A stretch of DNA of 64,000 nt from a virus, in the IMG/VR virus record IMGVR_UViG_3300023184_000086, positions 13,235-77,234 of that record. One strand, given 5' to 3'. Positions 28,201 through 37,768 of the stretch are shown here, piece after piece (within the stretch, counting starts at the first letter, position 1; every line of letters begins with the position of its first letter). Position numbers and translations under genes: made by a program. The notes under the pieces are model-generated. The model did not search any database, was not told the DNA's origin, and saw nothing but the letters and a program-made list of their open reading frames with translations.

Positions 28201-28569
28201 ACCACCTGCATAACCTTCAACTGGGCTATATGATCCGATATTTCCAGAACCACCTGCAAAACTACTACTTGATCCAGGACCACCTGCACCTGATCCACCA
28301 GACCCACCTGCTGCATTAAGAGATCCAGCACCACCACCCGAAGCAGATATTGTAGCAAATGTACTGGTAGAACCTGCAAAAGAAGAAACAGCAGTTGTGC
28401 CTGTACCGCCTTTTCCCACAGTAACATTATATGTTAAACCTTGTACTACGGTGGATAATGTACCTGAACGAACACCACCAGCACCACCGGGAGAACCGCC
28501 GTTGGCGCCGCCGGTGCCGCCACCGCCACCACCAACTATAAAATAATCAACATTTACATAATTAGGCAT
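25243..28569 (-). CDS. Glycine-rich adhesin with an inserted LamG domain
   Basis: Glycine-rich modules; DFTVEGW..WNHVALVRRSG LamG domain inserted within a glycine-rich module. Confidence 0.85.
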   Translation of the reverse strand: MPNYVNVDYFIVGGGGGGTGGANGGSPGGAGGVRSGTLSTVVQGLTYNVTVGKGGTGTTAVSSFAGSTSTFATISASGGGAGSLNAAGGSGGSGAGGPGSSSSFAGGSGNIGSYSPVEGYAGGNNNVTSPYPAGGGGGAGAAGIAGTGSVSGKGGTGTFTTLISTTTAISLGIGQYVTATNAVYFAGGGGGGGTSQGATPAIGGVGGGGAGGAGAAGGSGTSGINYTGGGGGGGGNAAGLLGGNGGTGVVLLRTITTSASVITNANFSVSSGTYTTYIFTASGYINFGTPVSSSAPLANYGALVDVLLVAGGGGGGSDMGGGGGAGGLTTSNQYLSPGTYAITVGSGGSGAPAGVSQIRGTNGTDSMLISTANTVSYSVMFQGSQSISTPASAAFLLAGDFTVEGWLYRFATGDASMILQGVSPYFAINVNPGTGFNIYLNNATANLVVTDRVPAIQTWNHVALVRRSGIISVYLNGIASATTASNVTTLGYNAIFYIGALGVQASGSTQGYISNVRVTNGTALYTGTFTPSSIPLTTVTNTILLACSSSTYTKDYSTSSFALVANGLLAGSPTSLLWNPFNAYNTVVGGGGGASEYVNNNSPAAFGGSGGGVAGSSSVTFGLGITGQGNQGGASGGSYYPGGGGGAVLVGTSGVGTGAKGGDGFSSSLLGTTYYWAGGGGGAGYSNIAGNGGAGGGGGGAPLNGGSVSGTGGGYGNTQGINAGSNAIAGTLVAQTNVAGGSAGANTGGGGGGSSHYNLTNPGGSGGSGAVIIRYAGLQKATGGTVYSYTSGTTVYTAHAFFSSDVLTLNPSPVNPQQNGGPGGPYGGGGGGGGNWVGSSGGLGSPGSSLGSGYPGSSGSGGGGGTSVTTSTSGGGGVDIYGLSNSGSAGAVNSPGTAGSTFISNGGGKPGVGGNGGLYGGGGAGAAVSSVDTTTGNGASGALLIVYNTTASTYSYPNIMPLVSNTVNTASSILLVASTTSNRVLVNQIDNIVTPYQGLNYQSITTKVPVVYNVQELTATKESQSLSVLASNIQITTYITDHEMMLKNSDPQLIASWDQPGNYQFIQEITPANDPRLITVRVQNFVVGVTGSDSQFVTAVTSGGQMWY
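28028..28110. repeat. 83-bp exact direct repeat, copy 1
   Basis: Identical to 28915-28997. Confidence 0.9.
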
Positions 28570-28574
28570 AATTT

Positions 28575-30392
28575 TTAATTAAATATAATTGATCCGGTAC
28601 TAGTGAAAACATATGTTCTAAACCCACCTGACACTATATATGTCGGATTCCCTAAGGGTGTTGTTGCAGCAGCCGCTGTATCAGCGTAACTAATAATAAC
28701 GATTCCACCAGCACCAGCACCCCCGCCGCCACCACCACCAGCAGTGTATCCCCCGCCGCCACCTCCGCCACCTGTATAACCCTGAGCAGCAGTACCACGC
28801 ACACCCTGTCCACCTGTTGCGTTACCTCCACCCCCTGGACCACCAACACCTGGTATTGTTCCATTACTATATTGGTATGATGCACCTCCCCCGCCGCCAG
28901 CAAAATATATAGCGTTAGTAGCAGTTACATATTGTCCTATACCCAATGATATCGCAGTAGTTGTACTAATTAAAGTTGTAAAAGTTCCAGTACCACCATT
29001 ACCACCTCTAGTACTGGCTACAGCAGGTTGTCCGACACTAAAAGCCCCACCACCACCACCTGCAACATAACCATTTACGCCTAATCCAGCACCACCATTA
29101 TTACCTTGACCAGCAGTACCACCAGCACCAGCATATGTGGTGTTAGTTTCACTTGAGCCGCCGCCGCCGCCCGAACCGCCTGATGTATTGGATCCGCCGG
29201 CATTTAGGTATGAACCACCACCACCCCCACCTAGTGCAGTTAAACCAAGCGCAGAAGAACTTTGTCCAGTTAATCCAATAGTAGAATCTGCTGCTGCTGA
29301 TTGTGCTGCGCCTCCACCGACAGTAATAGTATATGTAGCTCCAGGAGTAATATTAGCAGTACCACTTAAAAGTCCGCCAGCACCGCCACCACCACCGAAT
29401 GATGCGCCACCACTTCCACCTCCACCAACTATCAAGTAACTTGCTAGTCTTACCTTAAGAATTTTAAGAGTAAACGGTTTTGTTATAGTTTGAGTTCCAT
29501 TTGTTGCAGAAATGTTAAAAGGCGTATATTCAGTATCTGCTAATAAATTTTGAAATGTCCATGATATAGCACCTGTACTGGTATTAAAACTAGCACCGCT
29601 AGGTAATGAGCCGGAACTAATTGAATATGTAATGTTACCTCCAGCAGGATCATATGCTGATTGAGTAGTAACTATTCCGCTAGCATCTGTATATGATGCT
29701 GTACCAATACTATTTGATAGCCAATATATAGAATCCCCACCAGCACCACCTTGTGCAATAACTATGGGCACATTACTGCCCGGTAATAGCATATATGTAC
29801 TGCTACCGTTAAGTCCAAAAGTTGACCCAGTTACACCGCCGCCACCTACCACAATGGTACAAGTTGTACCTGGTGTTACTGATATTGAATTTGAATAACT
29901 TATTAAGCCTCCGCCACCACCACTTCCACCTGTTGTTTTTTGTGAGCCGCCGCCGCCCCCACCAACTCCTGCTACACTTATACTAGTAACACCCTCTGGA
30001 ACTGTCCAACTATATGTTCCAGGTGTATTGAATAATTGACTACTAAAATTAGTAGCAGTTGCGGTCAATGATCCAAAATCTGTTCCAACTTGTTTATTAA
30101 AACTTGAATAACCACTAGCGGGTGGTGTACTGTAAAATGATAAAGGGGTATCTACAGGGTTAAACAGTTGTGTTCCGCCCATGTTATCAGCAATGGATCT
30201 AGTTACATTTAATTCTGCTGATATTTGAGTGCCGACTTGTTTTATTCCAACTGATTTATTATAAACAGTAATTTGTGTATTACCAGGGGCAATATCTCCC
30301 ACCAATCTATCAGAGGGATTAATACCAACTCTTGCAAAGATAGTTACTTGATTTTGTGTTACAAGATCAATGGCACCTAAGTATGTTCCCAT
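28575..30392 (-). CDS. Glycine-rich adhesin with an Ig-like (He_PIG) domain
   Basis: YSISSGSLPSGASFNTSTGAIS Ig-like motif between glycine-rich modules. Confidence 0.8.
   Translation of the reverse strand: MGTYLGAIDLVTQNQVTIFARVGINPSDRLVGDIAPGNTQITVYNKSVGIKQVGTQISAELNVTRSIADNMGGTQLFNPVDTPLSFYSTPPASGYSSFNKQVGTDFGSLTATATNFSSQLFNTPGTYSWTVPEGVTSISVAGVGGGGGGSQKTTGGSGGGGGLISYSNSISVTPGTTCTIVVGGGGVTGSTFGLNGSSTYMLLPGSNVPIVIAQGGAGGDSIYWLSNSIGTASYTDASGIVTTQSAYDPAGGNITYSISSGSLPSGASFNTSTGAISWTFQNLLADTEYTPFNISATNGTQTITKPFTLKILKVRLASYLIVGGGGSGGASFGGGGGAGGLLSGTANITPGATYTITVGGGAAQSAAADSTIGLTGQSSSALGLTALGGGGGGSYLNAGGSNTSGGSGGGGGSSETNTTYAGAGGTAGQGNNGGAGLGVNGYVAGGGGGAFSVGQPAVASTRGGNGGTGTFTTLISTTTAISLGIGQYVTATNAIYFAGGGGGASYQYSNGTIPGVGGPGGGGNATGGQGVRGTAAQGYTGGGGGGGGYTAGGGGGGGAGAGGIVIISYADTAAAATTPLGNPTYIVSGGFRTYVFTSTGSIIFN
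28915..28997. repeat. 83-bp exact direct repeat, copy 2
   Basis: Identical to 28028-28110. Confidence 0.9.
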
Positions 30393-32557
30393 TATGAAAC
30401 TACAGCACTGGCAATGATATTGCTCACGCCGCCTCCGGTAATAGTAATAGGAACTACGGTATCGCCTGAAGCGGAAGTTGTTATAGTTTTAGTCAGGTTA
30501 CTACCAGCAAATGTCATTGCGCCGCCATCAATAACCAATTTAACTGAAGTTGCAATCCTTGCCCCACTATAACTAAATGCATTCACAGTCAAGTTTGAAC
30601 TGACAGTTGTACCTGCAAAATTATAACTAGTTGCATCAGGAGTAACTACAATTGATATAGGTACGTTTAATGTTAATAAATGTACTCTACCCCAACCTAA
30701 TCCAGTATCCTGTGCCCATATACGACCTAAATTATCTCGACCTACAGCATTAAATTGATATGGGAAGTTTCCGGTCTGTGTCCAACCGCTGCTAGAACTA
30801 AAAGTATATACATAGAAGTTAGCATGACAGAATATACCTAAAATAGTTCTATCATCGCTAAGCCATACTATATTTTTAGCAGTCGCCGGTACTTCAATTT
30901 TACCAGTGTATGTTAATGTCTTATATGTTGATGTATCAACACTATATGTAGGGAATGTACGCATTAACGGATAATTATCAAACACGCCACCAGCACCATG
31001 CAATTGCATGAATATTAGATATCTAATACCACCAGACACAAATGTTTCATTATACCAAACACGTTGCATTCCGTATTGACTATCAAGTGAAGTACCACTG
31101 AAGGTATCATTAGTCCAATAAGAACTTTGACTATTTCCTGTAGGATATACTACTGTTATGTCAGTTAAACGAGTAAAGATATCATTACTCTGATTCCATC
31201 GATAATACAATGGATTATAAAATCCTTTATTATCTACAAATGGAATATAAAATCCCAGTGTAGTAGCGGTACTAGTATCTGTAAATGTTTTACTAGCAAA
31301 CTTTGGAATATATCCACCAAAACTCGATGTTCTATCTCCTCCTGCATTAGTTCCTTGCCCTAAAGAAACAATTGTAGTACCTGTATAAGCAGGATATGAT
31401 ATAGAACCGATAGTAGTACCAGTAGAGAAATTAGCCGATATTTGAGTAATAGTCATCCCTACTGCTAATGTACCAGTAGTTGCACCAACCACGTTTAATA
31501 CACTGCCCGATACTGTAGCGGTTCCAGAAAAAGTAGAAGTATAATTGGTAGCGGTAAACACAAACCACCATGTAGATGTACTGAAGTTTAACGCAGCAGT
31601 ACTAGTAGAAGTACTAAGATTATAAGTACCAACTCCACCAACGCCTGCTGCTGTTGGTTGAGAAGTAAAACTATTTAATGTTGAGTATGTATTATTTGTA
31701 TCAAAATATTTGTAAAAATAAGAAACACCGTCATATTGTACAGACTGGTGTAATTGAATTGTAAAATTATCTAATTTACTAACACCCACTAATTGATTAG
31801 AATAATTTCTACTAACACCCACTGCTTGTCTATTTGCTGATGCGGTAAATATAGGAGCAAATGCAGCACCAACAATGGCAGTAGGAGTCCAACCATAACT
31901 AGAGGTATATTGGTCATTGTTACCCCAGTAGTCATGTGCAATCCATACTAGGTTATTAGTTGCTGGATTTCTATATACAGGAAATCCGCCACACCCAGTA
32001 CCACCTGCAACGTTTGATCCAAAATTACCACCTGACGAGTAAATGCCAGTTAGATATCCAGATGAATATAAATCCTTGCTGCTGGTATTTAATTTTGTCC
32101 AAGTTACCGGGAAACAGGCGTTATATATAGTTTGAGTAGCACCTGTAGGGTTTGCATAGTTATAATTTGATATTACAAGATTGTTAGTGCCATCTGTAAA
32201 ATATTTTACAGGAAATGGTTTATTAACGCCATCCATGACAACAAATGGTGCGAAATCTAAATTATTGGCCTGAGTGTTAACTGTATTAAATGTACTATGT
32301 CTTACATGAGTAGTTTCGCCATTTAACTGCAAAATACCACCAATTCTGTATTGGTCAGGTAAACCAGAATATCCAAAAGTATTACCAGTACCTATAGTAC
32401 CAGCGGTAGAATAAATCATTCCGATATCATGCAATGGTGCTAAAGTAGTCTTAGTATATGCATCATACTGAAAATAAAGATAATCAGATCCTGGAACAGG
32501 ATCTTCAAATACAGAATTTACATTTATTGGATTTCTAATTGTTTTAATTACAGCCAT
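30392..32557 (-). CDS. Virion/receptor-binding protein, paralog 1 of 3 (beta-rich)
   Basis: Shares EDP.PG.D, YRNP.TNN, QR.WYNE.F, FMQLHGAG and AVGRD.LGR.W with the next two large genes. Confidence 0.7.
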   Translation of the reverse strand: MAVIKTIRNPINVNSVFEDPVPGSDYLYFQYDAYTKTTLAPLHDIGMIYSTAGTIGTGNTFGYSGLPDQYRIGGILQLNGETTHVRHSTFNTVNTQANNLDFAPFVVMDGVNKPFPVKYFTDGTNNLVISNYNYANPTGATQTIYNACFPVTWTKLNTSSKDLYSSGYLTGIYSSGGNFGSNVAGGTGCGGFPVYRNPATNNLVWIAHDYWGNNDQYTSSYGWTPTAIVGAAFAPIFTASANRQAVGVSRNYSNQLVGVSKLDNFTIQLHQSVQYDGVSYFYKYFDTNNTYSTLNSFTSQPTAAGVGGVGTYNLSTSTSTAALNFSTSTWWFVFTATNYTSTFSGTATVSGSVLNVVGATTGTLAVGMTITQISANFSTGTTIGSISYPAYTGTTIVSLGQGTNAGGDRTSSFGGYIPKFASKTFTDTSTATTLGFYIPFVDNKGFYNPLYYRWNQSNDIFTRLTDITVVYPTGNSQSSYWTNDTFSGTSLDSQYGMQRVWYNETFVSGGIRYLIFMQLHGAGGVFDNYPLMRTFPTYSVDTSTYKTLTYTGKIEVPATAKNIVWLSDDRTILGIFCHANFYVYTFSSSSGWTQTGNFPYQFNAVGRDNLGRIWAQDTGLGWGRVHLLTLNVPISIVVTPDATSYNFAGTTVSSNLTVNAFSYSGARIATSVKLVIDGGAMTFAGSNLTKTITTSASGDTVVPITITGGGVSNIIASAVVS

Positions 32558-32574
32558 TTTAAGTATCTCTTAGT

Positions 32575-32829
32575 TTATGATAAGAATGAGTCTTTAACTG
32601 ATTCTAACCAAGCGGCAGCATCTTCTTCAGTAGTGAAATTTTCTCTGCTACCGTCGGGGTGGCATTTCCAAGGTTGTTGCATTATTAATACTTCAATCTC
32701 TTGCTCGGCTTCATCAGTTCTAACCTCACTGATGTTTAATACTGTTCCATTAAGTCTGGACACATATTTTTTTATATGTACTTGATTTAAAGCATCAACA
32801 TGTATAACTTTTTCAGTTGTAAACGCCAT
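32575..32829 (-). CDS. Small acidic hypothetical protein (84 aa)
   Basis: SD AAGGA; lies between the paralogs. Confidence 0.75.
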   Translation of the reverse strand: MAFTTEKVIHVDALNQVHIKKYVSRLNGTVLNISEVRTDEAEQEIEVLIMQQPWKCHPDGSRENFTTEEDAAAWLESVKDSFLS

Positions 32830-32844
32830 TTTTATTATATCCTT

Positions 32845-34977
32845 TTATATTGTTATTGTGGTTGTAATATTGCTATAACCATTAGTGATCACAGTTCCAT
32901 ATGCTACTGTACTAGTCGAATTACTAGTAACTACAGTTAGCGAATTAAAATAGTTTGTACTTCCACTACTTGTTGTTAATTTTAGAGAATTTCCTACTAC
33001 AGACAGATTAATAGTTGCAGTCATTCTGCTACCGGTTAAATCGTATGCATCAACTAAGAAAGATGTAGGAATTGCGGTACCAGCATAATTGTATGAACTT
33101 GCTGTTGATACTACAGAAACAGTTGCCGGTACCCCGGACAATAGATGCAATCTACCATAACCTGTAAATCCAGCATCGTGTGCCCATACTCTACCTAAAT
33201 TATCTCTACCTACAGCATTGTATTGATATGGGAATGTTGCTGTATTAGTCCAACCAGTGGATGTATTAAAAGTATATATATATGTTGCGCTATGACAAAT
33301 TACTGATAATAATGTACGATCATCAGTTAGCCAACATATATTTTTAGGTGTCTGAGGAATAATAAGATTGCTATGGAAAAATAATTGTCTATAACTGGAC
33401 GTATTAATAGTATACGTCATAAACGTTCTTTGTTTTTCGTTTGAATCAGCAACACCACCAGCACCATGCAATTGCATAAATGTTAGATATCTTTTATTAT
33501 CACTACCTACGAATGTTTCATTATACCAAGCACGTTGCATTCCATATTGAGTATCAACTGATGTAGCACTATAGGTATCATGTAACCAATAAGTTGCAAG
33601 ATTTGTAGTAGTATTTGTTGCAGTATAATACATTCCTATGTCTGTATAACGTGCAATAAAATCTCTAGTTTTATCCCAATTAAAATACATAGGGTGATAT
33701 CTACCAGCCGCATCAACGTATGGAACATAGAATCCCACTGAATTGGTAACTGTGGTACTGATAGTATCTGTAAATAGTTTACTGGCAAACTTCGGAATAT
33801 ACCCACCATAGTTTGTTGTTCTATCACCTGTTATAATTGTACTTGTAGTAAATGACAATACTGTAGTACCAGTGATTATTCCAGTTCCGGACAATGTTTG
33901 TCCCACAGCAATTAATCCAGAGGAAGTACTAGTAACGGTAAGAAAGTTACCATTAATAAAACCAGTCACACTGGCTGCACCTACACCTGTACCGGTAATT
34001 GTTGTGCTAGCCACAGATCCTTGGTATCTACTAACTACATAAGTACCAATACCACCTGTACCTGACGGATATGGTTGAGTAGTATAACTGTTTAATGTTG
34101 AGTATGTATTATTACTGTCATTATATTTGTAAAAGTAATGATAGTAATCATACTGTACAGAAGTATTCAATTGTAGGGTAAAGTTATCTAATACACTGGG
34201 CCCCATGAATTGCCCAGTATAATTTCTATTAACACCTACTGCTTGTCTTGAATAACTAGCGGCAAAAATAGGAGTTGTTGCGGCACCGAGAATGGCAGTC
34301 GGAGTCCAAGCATAGTTAGAAGTATATTGGTTATTGTCACCCCAGTAGTCATGTGCAATCCATACTAGGTTATTAGTTGCCGGATTTCTATATATAGGAT
34401 ATCCGCCGCACCCAGTACCACCTGCAACGGTTGATCCAAAATTACCACCACTACTGGCAATCCAAGTTAGATATCCAGAATTTGCTAGATCAGATGGGGT
34501 AGTATTTAATTTTGCCCAAGTTACTGGGTAGCAATTGTTATATATAGTTTGAGTACCTGGAGTTGGATCTATGTAATTATAATTTGCCACTACAAGATTG
34601 TTAGTACCATCTGTGAAATACTTCATCGGTGTTGGTTTATAATTTGTATCCATAGATACAAATGGTGCAAAATCTAAATTGTTTTGATGGTTATTAACTG
34701 TATTGAATAAAGAGTGACGTACATGAGTTGTTTCACCTGCAAGCATTAATATCCCACTCATTCTATAAGAAGTTATTAGGGGATTAGAATAGCCAAAACC
34801 ATTACTGGTACTTATAGTACCATTAGTAGAAAGAACAAGTCCTCCATTAAATATAGGATTCAATGTAGTTTTACTATATTGATCATGCTGTATATATATG
34901 TAATCCGATCCAGGCTGCGGATCTTCAAACATAGATGCTACATTTACTGGATTCCTAATAGTTTTAATTATAGCCAT
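32845..34977 (-). CDS. Virion/receptor-binding protein, paralog 2 of 3
   Basis: Same motifs as paralog 1; late TAAATA at 34997-35002. Confidence 0.7.
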   Translation of the reverse strand: MAIIKTIRNPVNVASMFEDPQPGSDYIYIQHDQYSKTTLNPIFNGGLVLSTNGTISTSNGFGYSNPLITSYRMSGILMLAGETTHVRHSLFNTVNNHQNNLDFAPFVSMDTNYKPTPMKYFTDGTNNLVVANYNYIDPTPGTQTIYNNCYPVTWAKLNTTPSDLANSGYLTWIASSGGNFGSTVAGGTGCGGYPIYRNPATNNLVWIAHDYWGDNNQYTSNYAWTPTAILGAATTPIFAASYSRQAVGVNRNYTGQFMGPSVLDNFTLQLNTSVQYDYYHYFYKYNDSNNTYSTLNSYTTQPYPSGTGGIGTYVVSRYQGSVASTTITGTGVGAASVTGFINGNFLTVTSTSSGLIAVGQTLSGTGIITGTTVLSFTTSTIITGDRTTNYGGYIPKFASKLFTDTISTTVTNSVGFYVPYVDAAGRYHPMYFNWDKTRDFIARYTDIGMYYTATNTTTNLATYWLHDTYSATSVDTQYGMQRAWYNETFVGSDNKRYLTFMQLHGAGGVADSNEKQRTFMTYTINTSSYRQLFFHSNLIIPQTPKNICWLTDDRTLLSVICHSATYIYTFNTSTGWTNTATFPYQYNAVGRDNLGRVWAHDAGFTGYGRLHLLSGVPATVSVVSTASSYNYAGTAIPTSFLVDAYDLTGSRMTATINLSVVGNSLKLTTSSGSTNYFNSLTVVTSNSTSTVAYGTVITNGYSNITTTITI

Positions 34978-35002
34978 TTATTTTATCTCTTTTCCATATT
35001 TA

Positions 35003-37030
35003 TCATAGAGCAATAGTGGTTGATATGCTACTCGGACCAGCAGCAATAATAGCAGCATTAATTATTGTACTTGTACTAGCACTTGTGGAAGTGGTGTACG
35101 AAGTATACTGATTATTTGCTCCATCTAATATTCTTAAAGAATTTCCAGTTACAGTTAAAGTAACCGATACCGCTATTCTAGCACTTAACGAATTGAATGC
35201 ATCTAATGTAAATGTAAATAATTGATTAGTTCCAGTGTAGTTAAACATTTGTTGACTTGGAACCAACGATATAGTAGCAGGTATTGAGGTTGCATCACTT
35301 AAAATTACATGTGCTCTACCACCACCTAGCGGGCCAGAGTCCATACCCCATACTCTACCTAAACTATCTCTACCTACAGCACTAAACGCATATGGTTCAG
35401 TTTTAACCAAAGTCCAACCGGCTGCTGTGAAACTATAAATCCAGAACGCTGTGTGACCAAATACACCAACAGATGTTCTAGTGTCATTTAACCAAACTAT
35501 ATTTTTAGGAGTAGCAGGAATTACAACACTACTATGATATGTCAATGTTTTATAAGTTGATGTATCAACCACATAGGTCATAAACGTTCTTTGTTTATCA
35601 CTTGCATCCAGGACTGTACCAGCACCATGCAACTGCATGAATGTTAGGTATCTAACATTGTTATATATAAATGATTCATTATACCAAGCACGTTGTGAAC
35701 CATACGTTACATTCACTGAAGTACCGCTGGCAGTTTCAGGTGTCCAATATGTTAACATGTTAGATGCAGTATATAATACTCTAATATCTTGATTTCTAAC
35801 AAAGTTATCAGTTATGGTATTCCATTGATAATAGAATGGTTGGAAAGTGCTATTTGTATCAAAGAAAGGAAGATAGAATCCACGGGTTGTTGAAGTAGAT
35901 AAATCAACAAATGTCGAACTAGCATATTTTGGTAGATATGCATTAGTTCTAATACCACCCGCATTAGTAGTAACATTAGTACCTGTAGAAACTATAGTAG
36001 TACCTGTAATTATACCAGTACCTGATATAGTTTGACCAACAGCTATGAATCCAGAGGTAACGCCTGTAACGCTAAGTGTTCTTCCAACTACATATCCAGT
36101 TACGCTGGCTGCGGGGCTTGTACCTGTAACTGTAATACTACCTGTAAGGGTTTGATGATAAGTGCTTATTTGATAAACACCGATACCGTTTGTACTAGTT
36201 GTTTGTATCGGAAGGTTATATGTATTAAGAGTAACAGCAGTATTAGCACTGTCATTATATCTATAAAATGTTTGAGTGTAATCATTGTTAACATCATTAA
36301 CTAATGTAAGACCCAATCCACCAACTCCGACACCGACAAATTGGCAGGATGCGTTGGTTACAGCAGTAACCCCATTAACAGTTGGAGTGGAAACAGTGAA
36401 GGCATTGTTTATATTATATCCAGCATATGCACCGGGATGATATGCACTAGCATTATAATTCCCCACACATACTATATTATTAGTTGTTGGATTTCTATAT
36501 ACAGGAAATGCTGTATTACTAGTGGAAGACGGATTTGCATTATATGTAGGATTTCCAACGTTTAAATTGAATGCGGTATTTTGTCTACGTAGCCAGACTG
36601 TATAATTATTTCCACCCGCAGTACCTTGAACATTTTGAAACGCCTGTACTAAATTATTAGTTCCATTGGTATAATATTGTATGGGTTTTATCTTATTGGT
36701 AAGATCCATTGATGCCCAGGGCGAATGATCTAAATTATTTCTATAATCATTAACTGCCACACTTAAATGTTTACAGTGAGTAACTTCGCCATTGAGTACC
36801 AGTGCGCCTTGCCAGTACCAACCATCTGTATTTTGTTGAAAGTTTGAAGTACCCCAGGTGCTATACCCGGTACCTGCTACATTATATGATATGGTAGTAT
36901 TGAAAATAGCACCTAATGTGCTTGATTTATAGCCCTCATTTTGAAAAAATATAAGATCAGCACCGGGAGTAGGATCCTCTATCACAGTAGGAAGGTTTGC
37001 TGAGTAATAATTTGTTCTTAAAATTGTCAT
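35003..37030 (-). CDS. Virion/receptor-binding protein, paralog 3 of 3
   Basis: Same motifs, more divergent; late TAAATA at 37049-37054. Confidence 0.7.
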   Translation of the reverse strand: MTILRTNYYSANLPTVIEDPTPGADLIFFQNEGYKSSTLGAIFNTTISYNVAGTGYSTWGTSNFQQNTDGWYWQGALVLNGEVTHCKHLSVAVNDYRNNLDHSPWASMDLTNKIKPIQYYTNGTNNLVQAFQNVQGTAGGNNYTVWLRRQNTAFNLNVGNPTYNANPSSTSNTAFPVYRNPTTNNIVCVGNYNASAYHPGAYAGYNINNAFTVSTPTVNGVTAVTNASCQFVGVGVGGLGLTLVNDVNNDYTQTFYRYNDSANTAVTLNTYNLPIQTTSTNGIGVYQISTYHQTLTGSITVTGTSPAASVTGYVVGRTLSVTGVTSGFIAVGQTISGTGIITGTTIVSTGTNVTTNAGGIRTNAYLPKYASSTFVDLSTSTTRGFYLPFFDTNSTFQPFYYQWNTITDNFVRNQDIRVLYTASNMLTYWTPETASGTSVNVTYGSQRAWYNESFIYNNVRYLTFMQLHGAGTVLDASDKQRTFMTYVVDTSTYKTLTYHSSVVIPATPKNIVWLNDTRTSVGVFGHTAFWIYSFTAAGWTLVKTEPYAFSAVGRDSLGRVWGMDSGPLGGGRAHVILSDATSIPATISLVPSQQMFNYTGTNQLFTFTLDAFNSLSARIAVSVTLTVTGNSLRILDGANNQYTSYTTSTSASTSTIINAAIIAAGPSSISTTIAL

Positions 37031-37060
37031 TTTGGAAGTTCTTTTAAATATTTATACCAT

Positions 37061-37768
37061 TTATGCCGCTTGATATTTAAACTGTACATACAAATTAGTT
37101 GCTGTAGTAGTCTGCGGAAGAATGGGAGTAACATCTACCGTAAGATAATCATCCTCAACCATGTATAACGGTGTTGTATAAGTTGTTCCACTAGTTGCTG
37201 CACCATTAATTGTTATATTAATAGTAGCTGTAGAGTTGCGATTTATAGTAATAAGATTAGCGTTACTACCTGCAGTTCCAACTTTGGTTTTAATAGAAGT
37301 AATATTTAAATTATAAGGTGCATACCAACGCTGTGTTCCCTGTGTAACACTTAAAAATCCAGATTGGTACATGGTTATTGAACCAGATGCCGATCCAGCA
37401 GCAGTAGCAACTGCAACACCATTTTGATAAATGGTACCTGCTACATATAAATTTTTACCAATTCCAGCCCCACCTGCAACTACCAATGCACCTGTATTAC
37501 TCGAAGTTGAACTGGCAGTATTTGTAATACTAATAGTACCTGCAACAGTGCCGCCATTAAATGTTGTACCGCTAGTTAATACAGGTAAACCACCGCTATA
37601 AATGGTATTACCATAGATAGTACCACCAACATATAAATCTTTGCCTACCCCTGCACCACCTGCTACAATTAATGCACCTGTACTAGTAGAATTACTAGCC
37701 GTGGTTGTTGTGATCGTTATCTGACCCGCAACATTATCAATAAAGGATAATTGACTGGCTTGACTCAT
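37061..37768 (-). CDS. Short fibre protein with TGALxVAGGxGIG repeats and a C-terminal beta-sandwich
   Basis: Repeat motif shared with the giant fibre genes. Confidence 0.7.
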   Translation of the reverse strand: MSQASQLSFIDNVAGQITITTTTASNSTSTGALIVAGGAGVGKDLYVGGTIYGNTIYSGGLPVLTSGTTFNGGTVAGTISITNTASSTSSNTGALVVAGGAGIGKNLYVAGTIYQNGVAVATAAGSASGSITMYQSGFLSVTQGTQRWYAPYNLNITSIKTKVGTAGSNANLITINRNSTATINITINGAATSGTTYTTPLYMVEDDYLTVDVTPILPQTTTATNLYVQFKYQAA

